DNA of 64,000 nt from Azolla caroliniana (lineage: Eukaryota > Plantae > Polypodiophyta): assembly GCA_043228905.1 (NCBI GenBank), contig JBHGNT010000003.1:62001-126000 (forward strand), in the 5' to 3' direction. Of the stretch, positions 1 to 10,614 are shown in pieces; position 1 is the first letter of the stretch; each line of letters opens with the position of its first letter. A program made the position numbers and the translations under genes. The notes under the pieces are model-generated. The model was given only the letters and a program-made list of their open reading frames with translations, was not told the DNA's origin and did no database searches.

Positions 1-950
1 AAGTCGAATACTATCAGCATCATTCGTAGCGGTTCCCAAAGTGCAGCCGAAAAGACCGCATTTGCCTCGTCTTCCGGAGGTGCCCTTGTCAGTTTGTTGT
101 GCAGGGTCTGAAAGCGGATCACGAATTGCAAGATTGTCTCATTGAATTCCTGGTAGACCGTATAGAACTGGCCAACTAGCTCTCTTTGCTCTACCTTTTG
201 GTGAAACAATAGCAGGAACTTATGCTGCAAAACATCGAATGTGGCAAAGCTCCTGGGAAGGTCACATTGCCGCTAGTCCCTCCAATGTCATCCTAAATTC
301 TGTTATATTTGATCGTTTGACCTCTGCTTCTGTCAGTCGGTGTGAGACATGGTTCGCTACCCATGTCTGTAGAAAAGCGTATACGTGCACTTCCGCATCC
401 GGTTCATCCCAGTACTTCATGTATGGATATGGCATAGTGTCGTCGGCGAAGGGTAGTACCGCCTCTTCGTTTTCCACCTGCATGTTCAGTGGTGGCGTTG
501 GTACACTATCGTTCGTGTTCCCGGATTGTTGATCTGGTGGTGGTGTGGATATGCTCTCAGCCTTTCTCTCTGACCGATGGTCTTGCTTTGTTTCATGGCC
601 CGGTGGTGTAGGTAATGTTGTGTCTGCTTCTGGTGGAGGTGTGTGCTCCGAACCGTCGTCTACCAGATTGTCCGGGGTGTCGTGGTTGCTTCGATAATTC
701 GACTACACACTATGCTCGTTGTCCGATTTTGACTCAATGTTGGAGAAGGCTTGTGATTCTCTGGTTCTTGTGGCGAGATTGTGCAGTATCGATTCCACCT
801 GTCATAAGCTACTCAGGCTACTGCCTTCATCGGTATATTGTTGGTTCCGCCGAATCGTTCTGGGAAAAGACCTATCCTGCCGGATCTCCTCGACCGCCTG
901 CTGGTAAGCATCCCGCAGTCTCTCGGCTAGTAGTCTCGCTCATTTGGTGA
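1..950 (-). pseudogene. gag: Decayed Gypsy gag of an Arg-PBS host element continuing left of the window
   Basis: ORF 262-483 (YWDEPDAEVHVYAFLQTW) continues after a frameshift as LQHKFLLLFHQKVEQRELVGQFYTVYQEFNETILQFVIRFQTL, retrotransposon gag-like. It lies downstream of the LTR+PBS at 6248-6792 once the 1004-6238 insertion is removed. Start approximate. Confidence 0.8.
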
Positions 951-1003
951 CTGGGTCGTTTGTCAGTCTAGTCATCAATACCTCAATGTTCACTACGCTC
1001 CGC

Positions 1004-1657
1004 TGTCGTGGAGAAAACCGTCCCTAGGCAAACTCGGAGAATAATGTGCGCGAACTAGCCCTTATACATAGGCACAAGTTTTGTTGTAATGAATATATTT
1101 AGGTACAAGTCGGTTGATATGAATATCCTAGGTAGCACACATTTGTTAAGTAGAAAATCAAGGCGTATCTCTGTCTGAAAGGATAGACAATAAAGATGAT
1201 GTAACAGGTTGTGACGCCCTCCCTCCTTGGGCTATAAAAGAGAGGGAGAGGAATCGTAATGGGATGAAGTGTTGTCGGACTGGGACCGAGCTCTTCTCCT
1301 CCGTCTTTCTCTGTATTTGCTCTGTGCAGGTTTTCGGGAGGCTGACTCTGCTCCGCGGAACGCCCGAGTGGTTCCGGCCGAGTCTCCATCTCGCGTCTGT
1401 GTGCGTCTGTACGTGTGTGCATGTAGGCGTCAAAGCTTGTCGCTCACCAGTCCGTCGGTTATAACCCCTTTTATCTGATATATATACATACACATACACA
1501 CATTCATCTTGTTTCAATCAGTTGCGGTTTCTGTGTATTTGTGTGTGTGCAAAGCATGACCATCATCTTTCTTGCTTCCCTCCTCCTCTCTTGTTCCTCG
1601 GACAAAGACCCCTGCGGTTCCGCCTCGTTCTACACGCACGCGCGTAATAACGCGACA
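1004..1657 (+). repeat. 5' LTR of Trp-primed Gypsy
   Basis: TGTCGTGGAG...CGCGACA; TATAAAA at ~1234; homologous to 5556-6238. Confidence 0.95.
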
Positions 1658-1661
1658 TATT

Positions 1662-1679
1662 TGGTGAACCTGACGTGAA
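1662..1679 (+). promoter_or_regulatory. Primer binding site complementary to tRNA-Trp 3' end
   Basis: TGGTGAACCTGACGTGAA, 4 nt after the LTR; complement of the plant tRNA-Trp end TCACGTCGGGTTCACCA with one mismatch. Confidence 0.85.
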
Positions 1680-1698
1680 TAGGCGGCAGAGGAATAGA

Positions 1699-4600
1699 AA
1701 GATGAGGGGTTCGGAGGTTGCAGATGCCACGGTTTCAGCTGTGGATCGAATAGTGAGTGCGCGCGAAGACGCAAGCGTCCTCGATAGGGCCATTGAAGCG
1801 ATCGTCGGCACGATAGGCCGATTCGGTGGAAAGGACGCCACAAGCTATTTGGAGGCCTACCGAGCCGAAATGGTGATAAGGGACATTCCGGAGAACAAGC
1901 GACTAGCCGGATTCCCTTGGGTGGCAATGCCGAGCATCCATGCGGAGGTGCTCGAGGTACGGGCTGAGAGCCAGCCCTGGGAAGAATTTGAAGGTCGGCT
2001 CCTTGAGAAATACGGGCTTGATGACGCAGTTTGGCTATCGAAGTGGGACTTCATGGAATGGGTGGACACCCCCGAAAAGGGGAGGAACGTGTCAATGTTC
2101 CTCCGGGAGTTTGAAGAACGCTTCGCGCATCTTTCGGCGGTGGACCGGACCGTACTGGACACAAGTAGTGTCCTATTGTTTGTTAAATCGGTGGACGTGA
2201 GGGACCAGGATCAAGTGGGCCTCCTGCCGACTGGGTCGTGGTGAAGAGAGTCTGCGGCCGTTTCGACAAATGGCGAGATTGGATCGATAAAGGCTCGGCG
2301 GGGGCAAGCTTTGTTGCGGCAAGGAAGCTCAAGGTACCCCCACTGGCGTGAAGGGAGGAGACCCGAGATTGGGTTGAGACTGGTTCGACTTCGACCAGCG
2401 TGGTCAAGGGCCCATCTGGAGGAGCTGACTCAGAAGGTGAGGGACCTCCAGATTGCACAGGCATGGAGGGACAGCGGCGAACAAGCCCATGACCGAAGGC
2501 CTCTGGCCGGGCATCGATGCTTGCGGTGCGACGCAGTCAGCCACGCCCGGAAGGACTGCGGGAATTTCGCCAAAGTGATAAGGTCTAACGTGGTGTACCT
2601 GTGGAACGGACGTGTACACGCTAGCGATACTAGGAGGGCCCTGGAATTGAAGGTCGAACGAGGGGGAATGAAGCGACTGATAGAAGAAGCGACGGTTCGC
2701 CATGCAGAGACTGTCCACTACTCGGCGTCGGCTGGAATCCAGGTCGGGAGAGACAAAGTCCAGAAGACGAAGGAGTCCGGGTTCTGGCCGTTGATGCTAG
2801 AAGGCCTCGCCGACGTACGATTTAGGAAAGAGGAAGCGGACCGTGCGGAAAGACAGGTCCAGGAGGTAACCGGATGGAGTGACCCGGTCGAAGAAAAGAT
2901 GGGCTTTGTAGAAGCCGCGTACCAGAAGTACAAGATTCTGGTGGAAGAGAAGCGTTGTGGAGGGAAGTGCTCGGTATTGCCAAAAAGGAGTTCCACGACT
3001 CCATCGTAGACTTGGTGAAGCGGAAGAGGCTTTCGACAGGAGAACCGGTTTCGGAGAATGCTCAGGAGGCACGTAAAGGCCTTCGGATTCTCGCCGGAGG
3101 AGATCGGGTGCGTAGACCCGACGATTGTGGATCCGATGGTGATCTTCATGGTACCGCATGTACCGTGGAATCTCAAACCGAGTCCAGTACCCAGAGCTCA
3201 CATCCCGAAGCTGATGGAGCTGCTGAAATAGAAGCTGGATATGGGCATCCTCGAACCGTCGAGTGCCCCGTATTCTAATCAGTGGTTTACTATGCCCAAG
3301 AAGAATGGCACGCTGCGCTTAATTCAGGACCTGCAGCCGGTCAACAAGGTGACCATTCGGAACGCAGGAATCAGACCGACCATAGACGAGTTCGCAGAGG
3401 CCTTCGCCGGAAGGTCAATTTACTCGATCAGTGATCTATACTCGGGATACAATCAATTTCAGCTAGCCATGGAGAGCAGTGACATGAGGACGATGCGGAC
3501 TTCCCTCGGCCTAGTACAGATGTGTACCCTTCCGCAAGGAGGGACGAACCTGGTAGCCCACATGGTGAATGTAATGAAAAAGGTGCTACGGGATTGTATC
3601 CCGAACATCACCATGCCGTTCTTAGACGACATCCTGATCAAAGGATGCCCGGTGGAGGATAAGGACGAGACAATCGATGACTGTGAGAAGGTGTTGCGAA
3701 GACTAGAAGGCGCAAGGCTCACCTTCTCTTGGGAAAAATCGGCCTTCGGGCAATCGGAGATCATGGTCATCGGACACCTATGCGGGCCATTTGGTTGGAA
3801 ACCGTCGCCGGCCAAGGTAGAGGCCATCTCCACCTACGTCGCGGACCCGCTCTATGGACTGCTGAAGAAAGGGCATAAATTCGAGTGGAGAGAGGCGCAT
3901 ATGGAGTCGGTCCGGAAAATGAAAGAAGCACTTGTTGCGGCACCAACACTCCGGAAAGCGATCTATGATAAAGACATTCCGATTTACGTGACCGTAGACA
4001 CGAGCCCAACCGGAATCGGATGGGTGATCAACCAGGAGGATGAGAATGGCACAAGGTTCCCCATTCGGTTCGGTGCGAAAGTCCTCAGTGAATGACAACA
4101 AGCGTTCTCCCAAGTTAAACGCGAACTCTAGGGTATCGTTTCGGTGGTCAAGGCCGACAAAGACTACCTGATCAGGACGGAGGTGATAATTGAGACGGAC
4201 TGCCTGCCGATTCTCGGTATGGTTTCCGGATGCGCGACGCCGGATCTGGCAATGCTCAGGTGGATAGCATACATCAAGTCCCTGAATCCGGAAATACGAT
4301 AAATTTCCGGAAAAGACAACGCCATGACTGACATGCTTTCGAGGGCAAGATTCAATGATGAGGACGACATGGGTTCGGAGGATGAAGAAGTCGGCATGGA
4401 CTTCTTCGAGTCGGCTTACGTAACAATGAGGAAGGGGAGCACTCCGGCGCTTAACGAGTTCGACGAGAGCAAGTACGGCGGGGAGTGGCTCCGGATCGGA
4501 GGGTTCCTGAAGACAATGACACCGGATGTGGCGTGGACGAAGGAAGAGACCAACCGGATTCGAAAGAAAGTGTACCGATTCTTCCTACGAGATGGGTGCA

Positions 4601-5290
4601 TCTAGAAACGCCCGAAGAAGAGAAATGGCGTTCCGCTCTAGGTGGTGGCGAAGAAAGAGGAACAAAAGGAATTGTTGGCGGGGTACCACAAAAGTCCCTG
4701 GGTTGGGCACCGCGGGACATGGGCCACATTCGAGAAGCTGAAGGGGAAGTACTGGTGGCCAGGACTATATCGGGACGTGCATCGGTTCATGACGGCTTGC
4801 GAAAGCTGTCAGATGCACTCCATAGTCCGACATCGGGACGAACTCCACCTGACCTACCCTCCGACCGTCCACTTCAAGTGGATCGTGGATCTGGTAACGA
4901 TGCCGATGGGGGTAGGGTAGATGCGATATCTGGTGCTGGCTCGAGAGGATCTGACGAACCAAGTGGAAGGCTGAGCGTTGCCGAACAAAATGACCGCGGC
5001 CGTGTGCCAATTTCTGATCGAAGAAGTGGTATGCCGGTAAGGGTGCGTAGGAAAGATCGTACCCGACCGCGGAGAATTGGATGCACAAGAGGCTGAGGAG
5101 CTGTTTGACCGGCTAGGGGTTAAACTATCGCTCACCATGGCGTACAATCCGGAGGCGAATGGGAAGGTGGAACATAGACAGGGGCCCATCGTCAAAGCGT
5201 TAGTTCGGGCATGTGGAGGCCAAGTTAGGAACTAGTCGCGGCTCTTACCCTATGCGTTGTGGGCCGACCGAACTACACACAATTCGGTAA
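1699..5290 (+). pseudogene. gag-pol: Gypsy gag-pol pseudogene (gag, zinc knuckle, RT, RNase H, integrase)
   Basis: gag ORF 1675-2244; CLRCDAVSHARKDC knuckle; RT 3241-4095 (DLYSGYNQF, LPQG, PFLDD); RH (TVDTSPTGIGWVI); INT zinc finger (H..H..KYWWPGLY..CESCQ) and core. Many stops, frameshifts and deletions. Confidence 0.92.
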
Positions 5291-5555
5291 CCGGATTCAT
5301 GCGCCAACAACAATAGGACCTACCATCTCGTGGAGCTTGACGGGACGAGGATGGCAATACTGGTCGTCGAGAAAAGGATCAAAGCATTCAAAAAGCGCCA
5401 CGAGGATGAACCGGACCCGGATGACTTGGATTGCGAGGACGACCAGTTTGGGGCGAATGGCGATCCAGAGGACGAAGGGTAAGCGCGGGCCAGTCTTCTC
5501 CGGCAAGAGTCTATTTAGGCACATACTGGTGGATGTGCGGTCAGGTGGGGGCGGG

Positions 5556-6238
5556 TGTCGTGGAGAAAACCGTCCCTAGGCGGAATCGGAGAATAATGTG
5601 CGCAAACTGGCCCTTATACGTAGGCACAAGTTTTGTTGTAATGTATATATTTAGGTACAAGTCGGCCGATGTGAATATCCTAGGTAACACGCATTTGTTA
5701 AGTAGAAAATCCAGACGTATCTCTGTCCGAAAGGACAAAGAATAAAGATGATGTAACGGGTTGTGACGGGTTGTGACGGCCTCCCTCATTGGGCTATAAA
5801 AGAGAGGGAGAGGAATCATAATGGGGATCACTTTTGTCGAGGACGAAGTGATGTGGGACTGTGACTGAGCTCTTCTCCTCCATCTTTCTCTGTATTTGCT
5901 CTGTGCAGGTTTTCGGGAGGCTGACTCTGCTCCGCAGAACGCCCGAGTGCTTCCGACCGAGTCTCCATCTCGTGTCTGTGTGCGTCTGTATGTGTGTGCA
6001 TGTAGGCATCAGAGCTTGTTGGTCACCAGCTCGTTGGTTGTAACCCCTTTTATCTTATATATATATACATACACATACACACATTCATCTTGTTTCAATC
6101 AGTTGCGGTTTCTGTGTATTTGTGCGTGTGCGAAGCACGACCATTGTCTTTCTTGCTCCCTTCCTGCTCTCTTGTTCCTCGGACCAAGACCGCCGCGGTC
6201 CTGGCTCGTTCTACACGCACGCGCATAATAACGTGACA
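5556..6238 (+). repeat. 3' LTR of Trp-primed Gypsy
   Basis: Follows PPT AGGTGGGGGCGGG; TGTCGTGGAG...CGTGACA. Confidence 0.95.
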
Positions 6239-6247
6239 CCACAGGAA

Positions 6248-6259
6248 TCGTGGTCGCCA
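6248..6259 (-). promoter_or_regulatory. PBS (probably tRNA-Arg) of the host Gypsy
   Basis: Minus strand reads GTAACA caattt TGGCGACCACGA, complementary to a tRNA ending GTGGTCGCCA. Confidence 0.7.
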
Positions 6260-6265
6260 AAATTG

Positions 6266-6792
6266 TGTTACTCCTACGTTGGACTAGCCGCTAACACAGG
6301 GTCTGCTTCCGGATCACTTCACCAAAGGGGGTGGTTAGAAGGTATGGATCTGACTCCAATTTGATCGTAACCGGCACTTCCGGATCGATTCTGAATAGAC
6401 AATCACATATGGTTGATTAAACGCGTAAGATAAAGACAATAAGAACTGCATGGAATTGACCGATACACAATAGTAACAAAACTCTCTTATATTAATTCCA
6501 ACCCCATATACATCTCTTATAGGTATCCAGTTCTGTTTACAAAACAGTGCCAAAACGGCAATCGGCTATGAACCGGTCCGGATCCAGATCAATACATCCT
6601 TTCCGGATCCGCCCGTTCTTATTATCCTTAAATACTAATTTTTAATAATTACGAAACTAGCTCTACTCCTGACTACTTTTCATACTCTGGCCACCAGCCA
6701 ACAAGGAGTCTTTGTTCGATTTTGACTCTCTTTTGGAATGGCTGATCTTTGATGCTTGCCCATCATACAAGCATCACGAACATGACTTAACA
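6266..6792 (-). repeat. 5' LTR of the Arg-PBS host Gypsy, inserted in a Copia
   Basis: Minus strand TGTTAA...GTAACA termini, adjacent PBS, interrupts Copia coding sequence at 6793. Confidence 0.75.
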
Positions 6793-7994
6793 TATTCGAC
6801 TTCTTCATCTCCGACTTCTTCATCTCCTTCAACACAGCAACATTGAGATGCCAAAATCTCTCATGCCATTTCTTTGTGTCAGTACTTGCGTTGTGGTCAA
6901 TAGAATCGTAAACGCGCTCAACTCATAGAGATTGTTGCGCCTTACCCATATTCCTACAACCTTGCCAGCAAAATCTATTATTTCTACACCCAACTTCTTG
7001 AATCGAACATCATGACCCTCATCAGTCGGTGCAGAAATGGACAATAGATTCTTCTTGAGATCTGGCACGTACAACACTTGAGAGAGATGCTTTGTCCCAT
7101 CGGTCATTGCTTTGAGGGAGACGGTTCCAGTTCCTTTGGCTGGACATCGAGCATTGTTCCCAACCACAACATTGATGGGCTCTTATAGAGGTGTCCAAGA
7201 GTTGTACCAGTCACGATTACTGATCATATGTCAGGACGCTCCACTATCGAGAATCCAAGAGTTGTCGACAACTTGAGTGTCAACTGAAGATCACACTTCT
7301 TCGGTTGCGACCCATAACTGAAACTCATCTACGACGTTGTTGACGGACTCGGGTTCTCTCCAAGAAGTCTTACTAGAACCATTCTTCTCGTCCGCCATCT
7401 TCTTCCGACAATCCTTGATATGTGTGACCCTATTCACATTGTTTGATTTGGATGCCCCTTTACCCTTAGTCCTTGAGACAAATGCCGAATCTCCCCTTCC
7501 TTCTCTTGTCTTCAGCTGAAGCTCCTTAATCCTTTTTACAAAGGATTCTACTTTCTCTCCATCAACGAGCTTCTCTAAAACAAGCTCATTTGCGAGGTTT
7601 TGTATCCTTGTATAGTTTCTAGTTTCATACTGGCTGGCCAATATGGTCCAAGCTTCATGTGCCCTGGTTGTATGTTGCACTAATGTTAGTACAGAGTCAC
7701 ATACACCAGTGACTATGGTACATAGTGCATTAACATTCCTTCTCTTCCAAGCTCGAAGTAGATCAACACTTGGAGGGATTGATGTGGTAGGGTGTGTAGA
7801 TTCAAAGGTCACCATTGGCTGAGGGTCTCCTTCTGTGGGTTCCATGATTGTCTGCAACAACTCGTAGGAGTCCAAAATGGTAGACATTTTGAACTTCCAT
7901 AGAGTGTAGTTGGTTCGATCTAGCTTTCCATTAGACAATGGAGGCGGGCAAATGTGTAGTTGAGCCGTTGCAACATTCGTGGACAAGGCCATTG

Positions 7995-8031
<37 letters not shown>

Positions 8032-8738
8032 TTCTCTGTGCTACTAGGCAACAACTACCCATATATACCTAATCTAGATCAACCTCTCAGCTCTGATACC
8101 ATGTTAGAAATATTGAGATTGATTAGATAGGTATATAGAATTACAATTACAGAGATGGATATATGAAAACAAAACTTCTATTACATATGAGAGTAGCTCA
8201 CAATGGTAGTTTACCCATGCGCTCACAACTTAGAGCTTAGATAGGATATGGACCAACTCACTACAAAATTAGTGGGGACTGATGATCAATCCAACCATTG
8301 TGTAAGAAAGTGGATTATATTCTATGTTTGGTCTGAGTTTAACATTAAATGTGCAAGTCAGTTGATAGTAGTGGAGATATTCCTTTTCTGTCAACTGACT
8401 TGTCATTTAATATGACCCAACTCCCTAGATATAGGCTAGTTCTAAATATTACCTATCTTGAAGTCAATGACACATACTTCAAGACTGAGTATTTCGTAAT
8501 GTGCCCACAAAATATTCTAGTTGACTTGATTAGTCGATCCTATTACATATTTTGCTCTTTCCTAAATACATTGTGTCCTACGCATCTACGGTTTCCTAGA
8601 TTAACACCTTATCGACTCACATGGTCAAGTTACACACTAGCCGCTCCTCATTTGGGGCACTATCACAAAATGTGCACTCTAAGAGCACATATGGGAATAA
8701 ATTTACAACTTCGGGCTGATCATTGATTATTTCTAACC
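6793..8738 (-). mobile_element. 5' part of a Ty1/Copia element (LTR, PBS, gag, protease, GAG-pre-integrase)
   Basis: LTR ~8102-8738 (TGTTAGAAATA / TATTTCTAAC termini), iMet PBS TGGTATCAGAGCT 8089-8101, gag 7291-7992 (KLDRTNYTLWKFKM), protease WILDSGAS, VLYVPDLKKNLLSIS. Confidence 0.88.
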
Positions 8739-9891
8739 TAGGCTTGATTTGTAGAAAAAGATTGTTTAACACTTAATGGATCTACCTACTTACTAGAACA
8801 CTATATTCTATGCATAGTCACATCAATGTCCCTATAATGATTAGGCCAGCTTAAGGCATTAGGGTTGACCCAAAATCAAGCTAAAATGCATTCCAAATGA
8901 GGAACTTATTCTATTATGCCAATCAAATTGTGCATGAGAATTAACATTAGAGGAAATGAATATGAATGTAATCAATACTTTAAAACTAACTTCATAGTCA
9001 ATCTTAAATTAATGTGACAGATTTAAAATTTTTAATTGATAACACTACATTAACCAATAAGAAGTTACTACGCCATTGTTTTTTAATTTGAGAACAGTCA
9101 ACTTGCAATTTCTTGCTCACAACATGTTTACATCATGACATTGGGATCACTTTCTTCTTGTTCATGATCATGTGGATGGCTAAGATATCAATGGAGATCA
9201 ACCATACTAGGTGCATTACCATATAGATACAAATACAATGATGGAATATCACTCAATGCCGAGAGTGTCATGATAGAGTATGTAGAATAATATATATGAG
9301 AATTTGTTGTGAAAATGTGTCCATCAAAAGAGTTGGTAAGTTGTGGAATACCAACGAAGGTTATAGGTGTTGATGTGTGAACCATAGTAGATCCCCAAAA
9401 AAGTTGATAAATGGGAAAGGGCAACCTATTAATGTTGATGGTACAACACGAATGTCTATGCATGAAAAATAGTCATCTATGTGACTTCAAGAAATATGAT
9501 AGGTGGGAAACTTTTCAATACACATGAATGTAGAAGTTGCCCAAAATGTCTAACCTTGATCACATAAATAAAAACTATTTTCTAATAGACTTGGAAGGCT
9601 AGTCTAGTTGACATGCAAGGTGACAAACATGAACTTTCTTGCAAAGAAAGGGAAGTTGGAATCAACACTTTGAAGTTGACAAACAAACATGTCAAAGATC
9701 GAGAATCAAATGATGTAGGCATGGTTGGTTCACTAGGGTGAGTTGTGATTGGTGGGATAGAAGAGGTGACAGAAAAGTTAGTAGTAACCACACAAACCCA
9801 AGGTTTGAGATATTCAAATGCTTGTGAATGGGGCTATAAATGCACATGGCTATGGACATGAACATGGGTTTTGTAACATTTATCAGAAAAT

Positions 9892-10614
9892 TTAGTAGTA
9901 GCCACACATTCCAAATTCACATGGTGCAGAGGAAGGACATGTGTTGTCGCACTTCCCACAATGAGAAGAATTGGTAGAGACGTCCACACACTGGCCATTA
10001 CAGCAAGATTCCATGAGACTACATTTCTTCCCACATTCCCCACAATTGTTAATATCATTGATTATAGACACACATTGGCCTTGACAACATGTATCCATTG
10101 TTGAATGTGTGTCTTTGCAAATGCTCGGCTTAAATGTGCAATATTTGGACCTCCCACCATTGTTATGGAGCCCCATCTTTCTATTAACCATTGATGATAG
10201 ATCATGATATTCTTCCTCTTCATCATTAACTCCATCACTCAACCATGCATTATGGTTCTCATCAATATAAGCATCAACAACACCATTTGGTTTTGATCCA
10301 TCATCTAATGAGTAAATGTCTTCTACTTCTTGCTTCAATTGTACATTGCCATCAAAAATAAAACTACTCTTTGGCAATGTACTAATGAAATCTTTATTGT
10401 CCACATTATTGTTATTGGCCACTTCTTGAACATCCAAGATATTATTGAAGTGAGTATTTGTGTACCTATTTATGTTGAGCTTAATATTGGTAACAACACT
10501 CCTAGGTGGGATGTCATCAACAAGAATACAATGAATTTGATTGTTTGAGCAAAGGAGTAGAAACAATATGCATGAGATAGAGCATAGGAAAGGATTTGAT
10601 ATACAATGGATCAT
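9892..10614 (-). CDS. STIG1-family secreted cysteine-rich protein, 240 aa, intronless
   Basis: First in-frame ATG at 10614; hydrophobic N-terminus (FLCSISCILFLLLC); Asn/acidic linker; C-terminal 16-Cys domain CCQGQCV..D.NNCG.CG.KC...CC.G.CVD..T...HCG.C...C..C.FGMCGY typical of Stig1. Confidence 0.9.
   Translation of the reverse strand: MIHCISNPFLCSISCILFLLLCSNNQIHCILVDDIPPRSVVTNIKLNINRYTNTHFNNILDVQEVANNNNVDNKDFISTLPKSSFIFDGNVQLKQEVEDIYSLDDGSKPNGVVDAYIDENHNAWLSDGVNDEEEEYHDLSSMVNRKMGLHNNGGRSKYCTFKPSICKDTHSTMDTCCQGQCVSIINDINNCGECGKKCSLMESCCNGQCVDVSTNSSHCGKCDNTCPSSAPCEFGMCGYY

Larger units (their letters stand above)
1004..6238 (+). mobile_element. Ty3/Gypsy LTR retrotransposon, tRNA-Trp PBS, internally deleted and decayed
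   Basis: Direct LTRs 1004-1657 and 5556-6238 (TGTCGTG...GACA), PBS 1662-1679, PPT 5543-5555, flanks CCGC/CCAC (4-bp TSD, one transition), domain order gag-RT-RH-INT. Confidence 0.95.
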
